Positions 1 to 13,127 of a stretch of 64,000 bases of DNA are shown one piece after another (the first letter of the stretch is position 1; every line of letters starts with the position of its first letter). The stretch lies in contig OX597816.1 in NCBI GenBank assembly GCA_951406725.2, positions 64,108,001 through 64,172,000 of the forward strand. Reading direction: 5' to 3'. The notes under the pieces were generated by a model. It was not told the DNA's origin. It did not search any database and was given only the letters and a program-made list of their open reading frames with translations. This DNA comes from Octopus vulgaris (lineage: Eukaryota). The translations under genes and the position numbers were made by a program.

Positions 1-81
1 CATTGGTCAAGTGTCTACTATAGGTTCGTGCCGACCAAAGCCTTGTCAGTGGATTCGGTAGACGGAACTGAAAGAATCCCG

Positions 82-85
<4 letters not shown>
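1..85 (+). mobile_element. tRNA-derived SINE fragment (family A, cut by window edge)
   Basis: Matches the 4077-4480 copy (caagtgtc..ctactatag..ccgaccaaagccttgt.agtggatt.ggtagacgga) and runs into (TA)n. Confidence 0.8.
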
Positions 86-126
<41 letters not shown>

Positions 127-130
127 TTGG

Positions 131-377
131 CATCCCTTATGCTAGAAGAACATCCGCTATGGTCTTACCACTAAGAAAGGAAAGTACTCAAGAAAATTTA
201 GCAAAATGCCATAAAGTAAGCGAGCAACACAAATGAAAAGATACAAAATGTATCTTTTCATTTTGTATCTTTTCATTTGTCTTGCTCGCTTACGTTCTGG
301 CGTTTGCTAAATTTTCTTGAGAACAATCCTTTCTTAGTGGTAAGACCATAGCGGATCTTTTTCTAGTATAAGAGATG
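131..377. repeat. Fold-back palindrome, arms about 120 bp, 8-nt spacer
   Basis: 131-250 is the reverse complement of 259-377 with scattered mismatches; abuts (TA)n. Confidence 0.9.
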
Positions 378-489
378 TCCACTAACAGGTCATCCCTCTT
401 ATATGTATGTAATATATTTACTAAAGAACATAGAGAGTGTATGATAGAACTGAAATAGAAAATCCTGAATAGGCTTGAAGTTGTAAGAC

Positions 490-1645
490 ACTCCAATATA
501 CATGATAGAGAACCACTTCATAAGCTCTCAAATACAATCCAAAATAGAAAACAAATTAAAATTGGAAACTATGTAACAGAGGAAATTATACAAGAACTAA
601 AACCAGATCTCACTGAATTAAATGAAATTACTTACGCAGCAGCTAAGACAATTGAAACCAGTTGTATGCCTTTGAAAAAACAAAGAAATACAAACCCGAG
701 AAGAATTCTAAACTGGAAAAGTAAATTTGAAAAAGAGATTGAAATAATGAGAAGTGAAATATCAATATTGAATGAACTAATTTATGGAAACAATATAAAA
801 ACCAGAAAAGGAAGAAAGATGAAGAGAATACATAGATTCTCGCTGATAGAAGAATTGCTTTCAGCAAATGGAACACTGCAACAAAATGTCCAAAAAAAAT
901 TTCAAAGAATACGAAGATTTGAGAAGAGAAACAAATTTTACAAGCAAAATAAGCTGTTCACATCCAATGCGTAAACATTCTACAGAGAAATAGAGAAGGA
1001 GAAAATAACCGTTGAAGATCCCGCTGCCACGGAAGAAGTTGTAAAGTTCTGGGAAAATATCTGGCGTAATGAAAAGACTTACAATGAAAATGAAGACTAC
1101 ATTAGACGCACAGAAGGATCCTACCAAAACTTACCAGAATAAACTGGGAGAAATCACTATAGAAGACCTAAGGATGAGACTCGCAAAGGCTCATAAGTGG
1201 AAATCTGGTAATGATAGAGGGACAAATTTCTGGCTCGCCTCGCTCCCGTGCGCTCACGAAAAGTTAGTCCAGTTATTCAATGAAATTATGAGAGATCCTA
1301 CGAAAACACCTAATCGGTTAGCAAGATGTATTACTTACCTACTCCCGGAGAATAATGAAATCAAATTTCCGGGAAAATTATCGGCCCATAGTATGTCTAT
1401 CTACCACGTATAAAATGTTACTGTCCATCCTCGTGGAGAAAACATACAAATTTATGGAAGAGAACGGTATTTTCCCCACTGAACAAAAAGGCTGTAAACG
1501 AGGCTCGTATGGATGCAAAGACCAACTCTTAATCAATCGCATGAACCTTGAGCTCTGTCATAAAAAACGAAGAAATCTCAGTTGTATAAGGATTGATTAT
1601 AAAAAGGCATTTGACAGCATACCGCATTCATGGATCTTGAAATTA
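490..1645 (+). mobile_element. Degenerate R4/Dong-clade non-LTR retrotransposon fragment (N-terminal RT region)
   Basis: Frameshifted ORFs 666-974, 1069-1413 and 1355-1693 contain NYRPIVCL, EQKGCKRGSYGCKDQLLIN and IDYKKAFDSIPH; clearly homologous to 5684-8011. Confidence 0.9.
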
Positions 1646-1825
1646 CTTGTGGGCAATAAAGAAATAGGAAATATGGTAAAAAATGCAAAATAATCTTTTA
1701 TTTAAGAAAACAATTTGTATTAAACAGCTGTTTAAGCCTAAAAGTCGGCCCATGTTGTTAGATTTATTGAACTTTTCTCGGGAAGCAATTTGGAAAGAAT
1801 CTGAAGAAAGAATTGTTAAAATTCA

Positions 1826-1826
<1 letters not shown>

Positions 1827-1885
<59 letters not shown>

Positions 1886-1997
1886 CATTATCATTCTTCT
1901 TCTTCTTCTTCTTCTTCTTCTTCTTCTTCTTCTTCTTCTTCTTCTTCTTCTTCTTCTTCTTCTTCTTCTTCTTCTCCTTCTCCTTCTTCTTCTTCTT

Positions 1998-2087
<90 letters not shown>
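1827..2087. repeat. Compound microsatellite (TTA)n(TTC)n(TTA)n
   Basis: Seen directly. Confidence 0.97.
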
Positions 2088-3293
2088 TAATTTTAGTTCT
2101 CTGTTCTGAAATGTCTGTGCAGTTATATATATAATATATATTTCATCGCATAGTTTTAGATTCTAGATTTACTGAGTACGACATATGTACTAGTCTAAAC
2201 ATGGAATAACACATACACATATATTTAACGAATAATATGTTATGTGTATTATGAGACTCATGAATCGGAAGATATATCCATTTATTTAAAATCAAATTAC
2301 ATCTGCTAACGTAAGCAATTTTTCTTCAGAAATCTCCAAGTTTACATCAAAAGCTGAAGCAGTAAATGGCTGCGATCAAGCGAACATGACTGTGGATGTC
2401 TCCACAGAGACACAACAAACATTAGAGACTGGTGAATGTTCTGATGTCATTCTATAATACAGAATTATGGACTATATACCGTAGACACTTTAGGCAACTT
2501 GATCTTCTTTGGGAGAATTTAGAATATATCGAACTAAACAGGAGAATATTAAATGAAAACTCCCCTAACCAAATGAATATCTGTGTCACTATTAAACGGG
2601 TTGTACAACCAATTAATATGAAGTAATTAGTATATTTAAGTAATACTGTTATATATGTAATTAAACGAAAGCAATTTTTCTATTATTGGGTAGAAACACT
2701 TCTCAAGGCCCTTTCAAAACATTTGTGACTTTCGTATCAAAGTAACAAATAAAGATAAGTTAAAAAGAAAAGAAAGGTGGGGAAATGTTCATCGTAGTCC
2801 ACTTTTATTCACAAATGTAAAAGGAAATTAAAACGCTTGATAGGGAAACAATAAATCTAAAAACAACGTGTAAATGAAAAATCCAAACAGTTTGCTTGGA
2901 AATTATGCAAGAGAGGATACCTTGCAAGAATACGCCACAAACAATAACTTAAATATGTCAATAAAGTACAAATCAAAAGGTAGATTAGTCAAATTTTGTG
3001 GCAATGTTTTATTGTAAATGGTGAATAATAGAAATATTCTGAATATTAATTAAAAATTTCTCGCCAATAAAAGAACCGTTTGCCAATAATATACAAACCT
3101 TCTTCATTAAAATGTAGAGAACATCATCAAGATAATCATGCATGGATGTATTAATGCATGTGTTACGTATATAAATATACAGGAATCCATGCATGTATAC
3201 AGGGTTCAACAAAGTGCAGATGTAGCCGATATATGATAGGGAATTCAATCTGCAGTTTTACTTAACTGTGTGATTTACATATTTGTCTCTCCC

Positions 3294-3346
<53 letters not shown>

Positions 3347-3404
3347 GTGTGTGTGTGTCTGTATCTGTGTCTGTGTGGTTGATTATAAATTTTGGGTAAG
3401 ACAA

Positions 3405-3810
3405 TTCTTATTACTTTACTGCCCACAGAAAGGGGAGAAACAAGGACAGACAAACGGATTAAGTCGATTATATCGACCCCAGTGCGTAACTGGTACTTAT
3501 TTAATCGACACCGAAAGGATGAAAGGAGGCAAAGTCGACCTCGGCGGAATTTGAAATCAGAACGTAGCGGCAGACGAAATACCTATTTCTTTACTACACA
3601 CAAGGGGCTAAACACAGAGAGGACAAACAAGGACAGACAGAGGGATTAAGTCGATTACATCGACCCCAGTGCGTAACTGGTACTTATTTAATCGACCCCG
3701 AAAGGATGAAAGGCAAAGTCGACTTCGGCGGAATTTGAACTCAGAACGTAGCGGCAGACGAAATACCGCTAAGCATTTCGCCCGGTGTGCTAACGTTTCT
3801 GCCAGCTCGC
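3405..3810 (-). mobile_element. Two tandem tRNA-derived SINEs (family B): one full copy (3584-3810) and one 5'-truncated copy
   Basis: Minus strand ggcgagctggcagaaacgttagc...gagttcaaattc (A/B-box-like), then gtcgactttgcctttcatcctttcggggtcga; the body is duplicated. Further copies near 49.2 and 50.0 kb. Confidence 0.85.
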
Positions 3811-4076
3811 CTGGGTAAGACAATACTGACAATGAAAGGAATCATAAGACGCAATGCAGGATACACAGCCATATCTCAGTTGGCTACAGAAGAAATGAAT
3901 ATCCTGCCAGAATAATAACACCCGACGTCATGTTACTCGTCCCTTAACGTCATGGTAATCATTCCTTGCGGTGTGTATTTTGTGGCATTCCTAAGTCTTG
4001 AGTATCAATTCTAACGACATACTAAAATAACGTAGCGTTAATGCAAGGAGAACTTCCTGAATACTATACACAGTAT

Positions 4077-4480
4077 AGGCGCAGGAGTGGCTGTGTAGCA
4101 AGTAGCTTGCTTACCAACCACATGTTTCCGGGTTCAGTACCACTGCGTGGCACCTTGAGTAAGTGTCTTCTACTATAGCCTCAGGCCGACCAAAGCCCTG
4201 TGAATGGATTTGGTAGACAGAAACTGAAAGAAGCCCGTCGTATATATGTATATATATGTATGTGTGTGCATATGTTTGTGTGTCTGTGTTTGTCCCGACA
4301 ACATCGCTTGACGACCGATGCTGGTGTGTTTACGTCCCCGTCACTTAGTGGCTCGGCAAGAGAGACCGATAGAATAAGTACGAGGCCTGCAAAGAATAAG
4401 TCCTGGGGTCGATTTGCTCGACTAAAGGCGGTGCTCCAGCATGGCCGCAGTGAAATGACTGAAACACGTAAAAGAGGGTA
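4077..4480 (+). mobile_element. tRNA-derived SINE (family A), full length, internal (TA/TG)n
   Basis: Head tggctgtgtagcaag...gggttcagtacc; body ends gactgaaacacgtaaaagag; near-identical copies at 14.2, 31.2, 58.6, 61.1 and 61.8 kb. Confidence 0.9.
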
Positions 4481-4776
4481 AAAGAGAGTTGCTATCCAGA
4501 AGGAGGACCGGAAAAGACCATGCATGGTCATCAACAAAGGTAACTGAGACTTAGGTTTCTAAAAAAATTACGGATGAATATAAAAAAACTGTTCATTTTC
4601 GCAAGTTAGTATTGCAAATGGGAAAAGAAATAGCAACATAATATAATAAGGTCTGAAGTCTGTTATGTCAAACATAGTTCGAGTTAAAAAAGATATTTAT
4701 ACTGTCTTAGTTTTCGTTATCTTTACTACATAATGTGGTGTGGATCGTTACAAAGGATGGTAGAGACAGAAATGAA

Positions 4777-5036
4777 CATGGGCATATGGCATAGTGGTTA
4801 AGAGCGTGGGCTACTAACCCCAAGATTCCAAGTTTGATTTCAGGCAGTGACCTGAATAATAATAATATCCAAAGTACCTTAAGAATGAGAACCCAGGTTC
4901 GAAATTTCCCCAATACACCTGATGAAGGCTGGAGGGTATATCAGCCGAAACGTTGTGTTAACAACAAACAAGATGAGGACAAATATCCGTCAAATGTAAA
5001 TAATGTACATAATTCCTCATCTCTTAAATAAAGAAC
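4777..5036 (+). mobile_element. tRNA-headed SINE (family C): tRNA head, (AAT)n, hammerhead-containing tail
   Basis: A box tggcatagtgg and degenerate B box (gagttcgattc in the 30-kb copy); same layout at 15215-15549 and 29774-30058. Confidence 0.85.
4915..4958 (+). ncRNA. Minimal type I hammerhead ribozyme
   Basis: acac-CTGATGA-a-ggctg(10-nt loop)cagcc-GAAA-cg-TT-gtgt: stems I and II pair, palindromic minimal stem III (ACGT); predicted cleavage after 4954. Confidence 0.75.
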
Positions 5037-5611
5037 TGCAGGGGTTGAACTGTTTGACAAAACCCTTCAAGGCAATGCCCTGGCATGACAACAATCCAAT
5101 GACTGAAATGAGTAAAAGATAAAAAAGTAATAGAGAAACGTGTGGTGCCACTTCGAATAAAGACGGACACTGTGAGTCCATAGCTAAATCTACGATATCC
5201 AAAGACAGTAGTATTAAAATTAGTTTGGGTAGCAGTGTAATATGTCTTTATTAGGAGAGCAGAGCTGAAATTTCTAAAGATCAGATATGAGAAGTAAACA
5301 AAAGCAGTTACTGCATGGTTGGAGTGGTCAGACTTGCATAGACATTCGTGAGATGGCTGGATGGATAGTACATAGGAAACATGATACACCACGTCAAAAA
5401 AATAAACATGCGTGGACATTTCCTAACACCATTAATGTTGCTTGGTATCCATGGTGGAGGCGGCAATAATGTTAAAAGTTCCAAAATCTATTTCATCTCG
5501 ATTCGAAGCTCGTTGTATGGGGATTCCGAGATTATTCGTTGATATGATAATAATAATAATAATAATAATAATAATATTGATAATAATAATAATAATAAGA
5601 AGAAGAAGAAG

Positions 5612-8566
5612 AAAAAACAAAGAAAACAAAACCTGGGAATAAATCAAACCTGGAGAAGTAAAATTGAAAAAGAGATTGAATTTATGAGAGGGGAAATATC
5701 AATATTAAATGAACTAATATGTGGAAATGATGTAAGATCCCGAACAGGAAGAAAGATGAAGAGAAAATTTGGATCCTCACCAAGAGAAGAACTGATATCA
5801 ATAAAAGAAACGCTGAAACAAAAAGTCCAAGCAAAAGCCCAAAGAATACGAAGATTTGAGAAGAGAAACAAGTTTTACAAGCAAAATAAGCTGTTCACAT
5901 CAAATGCCAAAAAATTCTACAGAGAAATAGAGAAGGAGAAAGTAACCGTTAAAGACCCTCCTCCCATGGAAGAAGTTCAAAACTTTTGGAAAAGGATTTG
6001 GAGTGACAAGAAGACGTACAACATAAATGCAGACTGGATTATACAAACTCAAGGATCCTACCAAAATTTAAAACAACAAGCATGGGAAGACATCACAATA
6101 GCAGACCTAAGAAAGGCACTCACGAAGGCCCATAATTGGAAATCCCCCGGTAAAGATAGGGTGCCGAATTTCTGGCTCGCATCGCTCCAGTGCGCACACG
6201 GTAAGCTAGTTCAGCTGCTCAATGGAATTATGAGAGACCCAAAGAAAACACCTGAATGGTTAGCAAGTGGCATTACTTACCTACTCCCAAAGAATAACGA
6301 AACCAACCTTCCAAAAAACTATCGGCCTATAACATGTCTATCCACCACGTATAAAATCCTAACATCTATCCTGGCGGAGAAAACATATGCATTCATGGAG
6401 AAGAACGATATTTTCCCCATTGAACAAAAAGGGTGCCGCCGAGGCTCTTACGGATGCAAAGATCAACTGCTAATCAATCGTATGATCCTTGAGAACTGTC
6501 ACAACAAGCGCAGAAATCTCAGCACCGCATGGATTGACTATAAAAAAGCCTTCGACAGTATACCGCATCCATGGATCTTGAGATCGCTGGACATCTTCAA
6601 AATTTCCCCTGTGATTTCAAACTTCCTGAAGCACAATATGTCGTTGTGGAATACGAATCTCCAATTATACCACTCTAATGGAGTACTTGCCTCAGAAAAT
6701 ATAAACATCAACTGTGGAATTTTTCAAGGTGACTCACTTTCACCTTTAATATTCTGCATAGCCCTAATACCCCTTACAAGTGAATTAAACAGAACAGGGT
6801 ATGGGTATAAAATTGCCAATAAAAAAATAAGCCATCTATTTTATACGGATAACTTAAAACTTTATGGTAAAGACAATAATGAACTTGAAGGCCTATTGCG
6901 CACCGTGAAAGCATTCAGCGATGACATCGGGATGGAGTTTGGACTTGAGAAGTGTGCCAAGGCCACTTTCCAGAAAGGGAAAGTGAAGACCACAAATTCA
7001 GTCGTGTTAGATGTTGACACAGTCATAAGAGAGCTTGAGCAAGAACAAACATACAAATATTTAGGGATAAATGAAGGCTCTGGTATTCAGCATGCAAGCA
7101 TGAAAGAGAAAATCAGGAAGGAATGTTATAGGATAGTTTGTGCAGTCCTGAAATCTGAACTAAATGCACGTAACAAGGTGTTAGCTATAAATTCCTTAGC
7201 AGTTCCAGTTGTTACTTATAGCTACAATGTGTTGAACTGGAATATGAGTGAAGTAAAGAATATAGATAGAAAAATACGCAAGCTGCTGAGTTGTAATAGA
7301 ATGCACCACCCAAAGGCAGACGTAGATCGCCTTTACCTTCCCAGAGCCCAAGGAGGTCGAGGCCTGATCCAATTTGAACTAGCTTACAAAACAACCACAA
7401 TTGGACTGGCCAAATATCTCGAAATATCGAATGACTGGATGCTAAAGCTCGTGGAAAATCACGAGAGACGAAAGAAGCTTCATTCTATCATCAAGGAAAG
7501 CAAAAAATTTGCTATTGATCTCGTGCAGGATACCCAAACTGAACAACCCGAGGGAAGTACGGCAACTATTGTTGCAAAGAAGGTGAAAATGATGGCAATG
7601 AAAAAAGCGCACGAGCAATTGGCTGATAGGTGGGAGGAGAAACCTCTGCACGGCAAATATGTGACCCGCAGCAAACAAGCTGATGTTGACCAGAAGCAAA
7701 CTCATCAGTGGCTGCGGAGCTCAGGGCTAAAAGCAGAGAGCGAAGGTTTCATCCTGGCTGCTCAAGACCAAAGCCTATTAACCCGGAACTACCAGGCCAA
7801 TGTGATGAAAAATGGAGCAGACCCAAAATGCCGATTCTGCAACGACATGATTGAAACAGTGGACCACCTAATCTCTGGATGTAAAGTCTTAGCACCAGTG
7901 GAGTATAAATTAAGACATGACAGAGTTGGCCAATATCTCCACTGGCTAATACGTCGGCATTACAATATCAAACTGCCGACAAGTGGTATAATCACCACCC
8001 TGAGGCTGTAACTGAAGGAGAAAATGTAACCATTCTGTGGGACTTTCCAGTACATACAGACCGAACCATCAAGGCCAATAAACCAGATATTGTTGTGAAA
8101 GACCAAAACAATAAAGTTTGCTTATTGATCGACATGAGCATCCCCTGTGATCATAATATCTCAGCGAAAGAGTTTGCAAAAGCTCAGAAAATATAAAGAC
8201 CTACTCATTGAAATTGAGAAAATGTGGCATCTCAAGGCGGTTACAATACCAGTGATCGTAGGAGCACTAGGAATGATCAAGAAGGGAACCGAAAATTATA
8301 TGAGAATGATCCCTGGCTTACCATCCCTGCAAGATGTGCAAAAGATTGTCTTAACTGGTACATCACACGTATTGAGAAGAGCATTGTGGATGTGAGAACT
8401 GTTGCTGCTCATGTATTTTAATTTAACTTTAAAAAAAAAAAAAAATGAATGAACTATTGAGTTTGGTTTAATGGCCTACCAATATACACTATGAGTTTCT
8501 TTGCCCTAGGAGTCGGGAAGACACTCGGCAAGAAATGGAAGAAAATTTGAAAGAAGAAAAAAAAAG
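5612..8566 (+). mobile_element. R4/Dong-clade RLE non-LTR retrotransposon, 5'-truncated, in (AAT)n
   Basis: RT (GIFQGDSLSP), CCHC knuckle CRFCNDMIETVDHLISGC, RHD; after a frameshift, the RLE region (KPDIVV...IDMSIP, KYKDL, VIVGALG); (AAT)n on both sides. Confidence 0.93.
5684..8011 (+). pseudogene. R4/Dong RT ORF, 775 aa; catalytic YMDD replaced by YTDN; frameshifted before the endonuclease
   Basis: HLFYTDNLKLYG here versus HLLYMDDLKLYA in the neighbouring copy; endonuclease continues in other frames to 8395. Confidence 0.88.
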
Positions 8567-8601
8567 TAATAATAATAATAATAATAATGATGATAATGAT
8601 G

Positions 8602-8647
<46 letters not shown>

Positions 8648-8679
8648 TGATGATAATGATGATGATAATAATAATAATG

Positions 8680-8722
<43 letters not shown>

Positions 8723-8733
8723 TGATAATGATG

Positions 8734-8790
<57 letters not shown>

Positions 8791-8835
8791 GTAATAATAA
8801 TGATGATGATAATGATGATGATAATAATAATAATG

Positions 8836-8884
<49 letters not shown>

Positions 8885-8929
8885 TAATAATGATGATAAT
8901 GATGATAATAATAATAATAATAATAATAA
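8567..8929. repeat. (AAT)n/(GAT)n compound microsatellite with repeated sub-blocks
   Basis: Seen directly; separates two LINE copies. Confidence 0.95.
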
Positions 8930-11612
8930 AAATAATTAACATCACAGAAAAGATTTACCTGAGATAAAAGAAAAGCTGAAGCAAGTTATCCTTGCCAAAG
9001 CACAAAGGATCCGCTGGTACGAGAAACGCCAGCGCTTGTTTGAACAAGACAAAAAGTTCAACTCCAACCCCAAAAAGTTCTACCAAGAACTTGGCAAAAA
9101 TAAAATAGAAATCACTGCAGCACCAACGGCAGAAGAACTGGAAGAATTCTGGAGAGAAATATGCTCGGCGAACAAGCAACCAAAAAAAAAGGAGTATTAA
9201 AACAACAAACCCAGCATCTGAGCAACTTTGGACCCCCATACCAACTGAAGAGGTCACCCAGGCACTGCAAAGACTAAGCAACTGGAAGACACCTGGGCAT
9301 GACAAGATCCCCAACTTCTGGTTGAAATATCTAACAGGAATGCACAAGAAGCTGGCTGAAAACTTTAACAACGTACTAGCAGAGCCAAAGACAATGCCTG
9401 AATGGCTCACGAAGGGGAAAACCATCTTAATTCCCAAATCAAATGAGACAGCAAAACCAGAAAACTACAGACCAATAACCTGTCTCCCTGCAATGTACAA
9501 GGCAATTACTGCAGTGATATCGCAAAGGCTGAAGAAGCACCTGGACGAAAACAACCTGTTTCCAGAAGAGCAGAAAGGATTCCGCAAAGGCGCATATGGC
9601 TGTAAAGATCAACTAATGATCAATAAAGCCATAACTGAAGACAGCCACAGAAAGAAGAAAGGCCTCAGTATGGCCTGGATCGACTACAAAAAGGCGTTTG
9701 ATAGCATCCCCCACACATGGATCCTCGAAACACTAGCCATTAACAAAGTAGCACCAACATATATAAAATTCATATGGCACTCTATGAATAAATGGCAAAC
9801 AGTGCTACACCTCCAAACAAAAGAGGGACTCATGAAAACCAAAGCCATCCCCATTAGAAGAGGAATATTCCAGGGAGACACGCTCTCTCCACTCCTTTCT
9901 GCTTGGCACTGTCACCTCTATCTGATATGCTAAATAGAACTGGATGCAAATATAAATGTTACGGCAAAACGATCAGCCACCTTTTATATATGGATGACCT
10001 AAAACTATACGCTGCAAATGACAAACAGCTGGAAGCACTATTAAAGACAGTTCATGGATTTACCAAAGAAATAGATATGAAATTTGGATTAGAAAAATGC
10101 GCCAAAGTAACCCTGAAAAGAGGAAAACTAGTTAAGAGTAGCAACATCACACTAGATAAAACCAATGAAATAAAAGAATTAGACCAAAGCCAAACTTACA
10201 AATACTTAGGAATCCATGAACTAGATAAGACACAACACACACAAATGAAAGAGAAAATAAAAAAGAATATTATAGACGAGTTAGATCAATACTAAAAACA
10301 GAGCTCAATGCTAAAAACAAGATAATAGGTATTAACTCTTTAGCTATCCCAGTTATAAGTTACAGCTACAATATCCTTAACTGGACACTAAATGAACTGA
10401 CCAAATTAGATACGAAAACAAGAAAAATACTGACAGGATCTAGGATGCATCACCCAAAATCTGACATAGAAAGACTATATATATACAACGTATAGAAGGT
10501 GGCAGAGGCCTTATACAGCTGGAAAACTACTATAAAATAACCACCATGGGACTGCAAAAATATCTACTTCAGAAGGAAGGAAAACTGATACAAATAGTGG
10601 CAAAACACGAGCAAAACAAAAAAATGTTCTCTGTATTTAAGGAAGCTGACAAATACAAACAAGAAATCATACCACCTAATAAATATGAAGAAGAAGAAGA
10701 AAAAGATGAAGAAACAACAAAAGCTATAAAACAAATGAAATCCAAACTAAAAATAGAACAGCAAAGAACCATGATATAACGATGGCAAGAAAAGCCCCTT
10801 CATGGTAAATACTGGACTAAACTAAACGCAAAAGAAATAGACAAAGAAAAATCTCAAAGCAGAGACAGGGGGATTTTTAATTGCAGCACAAGACCAAAGC
10901 CTCCCCACCAGAAATTACCAAAAACATGTAATGAAAAGAAATAAAACAAGTAACTGCAGAATATGTGGAGATGGACAAGAAACAATAAATCATATTATCT
11001 CTGGCTGCCCAATCCTGGCTAAAAAGGAGTATATATACAGACATGACAGAGTTGGAACCTACATACACTGGAAGCTATGCCAACATTATGGAATAACAAC
11101 AGAAAAAAGATGGTATAGGCACACACCAGAAAAGGTCACAGAAAACGAGAAAGCACCATACTCTGGGATATGACGATACACACAGATAGGGAAATCAAGG
11201 CCAACAGACCAGATATAGTTGTCAGAGATCATAAAGAAAAAATGCTTTCTAATTGATTTATCAATACCGGCAGATGACAACGTGACTCTAAAAGAAATGG
11301 AGAAACTTTCAAAATACAAAGACCTGGAAATAGAGGTAACCAGAATGTGGAATCTAAAACCAGAAACAATTCCTATCATAGTAGGTGCATTAGGCATGAT
11401 AAAAAAAATATTCAGACAAATACATAACAAAAACACCAAGACTTACAAACACATATAACATACAATTGCACTACTAGGCACTGCACACATCCTACGCAGA
11501 ACACTTTCCATACAATAACCATCAGAGCATCACAACAAATCACAGCACATACCTAAGGCACACAGAGCTGCGCTCGGTAGTGATGTGAATGCACGCTATA
11601 AAAATAAAACTA

Positions 11613-11615
<3 letters not shown>
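8930..11615 (+). mobile_element. Second R4/Dong-clade family copy, 5'-truncated, multiply frameshifted
   Basis: ORFs 9322-9933 (NYRPITCL, GIFQGDTLSP), 9903-10295 (YMDD), 10931-11173 (CRIC...HIISGC, RHD) and 11219-11458 (IIVGALG); ends at (AAT)n. Confidence 0.92.
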
Positions 11616-11685
<70 letters not shown>

Positions 11686-12153
11686 GCCTAAAAGATGGGC
11701 TACAGCAAATATTCTGCTCTCTACCACAGATTTGCCTGTCAGTTGTTTCACCTTAACCAGTTGAGTATGTCCCTTAGTGGCTGACAATATGCGCATCTCT
11801 GATCACGAGCAGAAGTAGTGGGGGACATCATAGCCTTGTGTTGAGAGGGATTCTTAGGGGTTTGAATAATTCACCTCTGGAAACATGGGTGTTTCGTTCA
11901 ACCTCCTTAAACAACCCTTATTCAGGGCCCTTTTGAACGGGATGGGTTGCTCGACCAGTAGAAAATTCTAACTGGGCCTCACCTGCAACGTCATGTGCTG
12001 TTTATGTAGATATGAGATCACCATGTCACGCACATATGATTGTGATGCATGTGCCTAGTGCACGCTTATCAGACGGACAGTCATGAAGGGTATACTGGGC
12101 CTCGTATATTTTACCCCAGTGTCACTTGAATGGCATGCACTGCTCTCTCACTC
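11686..12153 (+). mobile_element. Non-coding element embedded in (AAT)n; probable 3' end or non-autonomous partner of an AAT-targeting LINE
   Basis: Sharp boundaries against (AAT)n on both sides, higher GC, no meaningful ORF. Family assignment is inference. Confidence 0.45.
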
Positions 12154-13037
12154 AATAATAACAATAATAACAACAACAATAGCAACAGCAACAATAGATA
12201 TAAATATCATATGATATATACGTACATATGTGGGCTTGCGTGTATGTATACCTGAGTGTATTTAAATGTTTATACATACATACATATAACCATAGGTGCG
12301 TTCGTGTCTGAGTGTATATCCGTCCATATAAGTATGTATGCATGTACACACATATATATACAAACTTACTTTAAATAGAAGCCGTTATATTTTTCATTAA
12401 CATTACATAATCCACACGTGATTTTCAAAATATATTCAACCACCATCTTCATCTTCACTTCAAATAATGTGTATTTACGCTAACATTTGAAAACTTTCTA
12501 TCAGCTTTCTTTCCAACTTGCATAACACAATAGGTATAGGAGTGTAAATATAAATCAGCTGTCTAAAGGACACGAACACGAGGAGATTTCTCGTATTTTC
12601 CAAACTAAGAAGAGCAAATATTGATAAACGGCCTATCCAATAAGTAGGAAGGTTTATAATCTTATAGTGAAGTAAGTGGAGAATACTGGTAAACATATCT
12701 ATAATTTTATGCCATAAACAGACACAATGTACGGATTTATGGTTTATTGTTCGTATTTTTTGTTTGTTCTCATCTCTGTAATGTAATAGTCTTCCAGCGA
12801 AATAAAACTACTTGATTCACTCAGTTTCTATACATAAAATATTAGTTTCATAACGATACCTTATAAATATATTTTCAGTTCTTGCTTACAATTTATTCAA
12901 TACTCAATGATATTTGAATAATGTTCCCATAGAATCTATGTTTTGAGAAGAGTGGGAATATGTAGCAATAATATCTAAGATATTATATGTAGCTGAAAGA
13001 AAGGGAATATACATACATACATACATACATACATACA

Positions 13038-13127
<90 letters not shown>

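Noticed and set aside
400-470. Possible HHR downstream of the first palindrome (ctaaaga-a-cata...tatg)
   Set aside because: Core is mutated and there is no correctly placed GAAA, stem III or stem I.
4777-4850. SINE heads as functional tRNA genes
   Set aside because: Acceptor stems do not pair and the heads are fused to repeat bodies.
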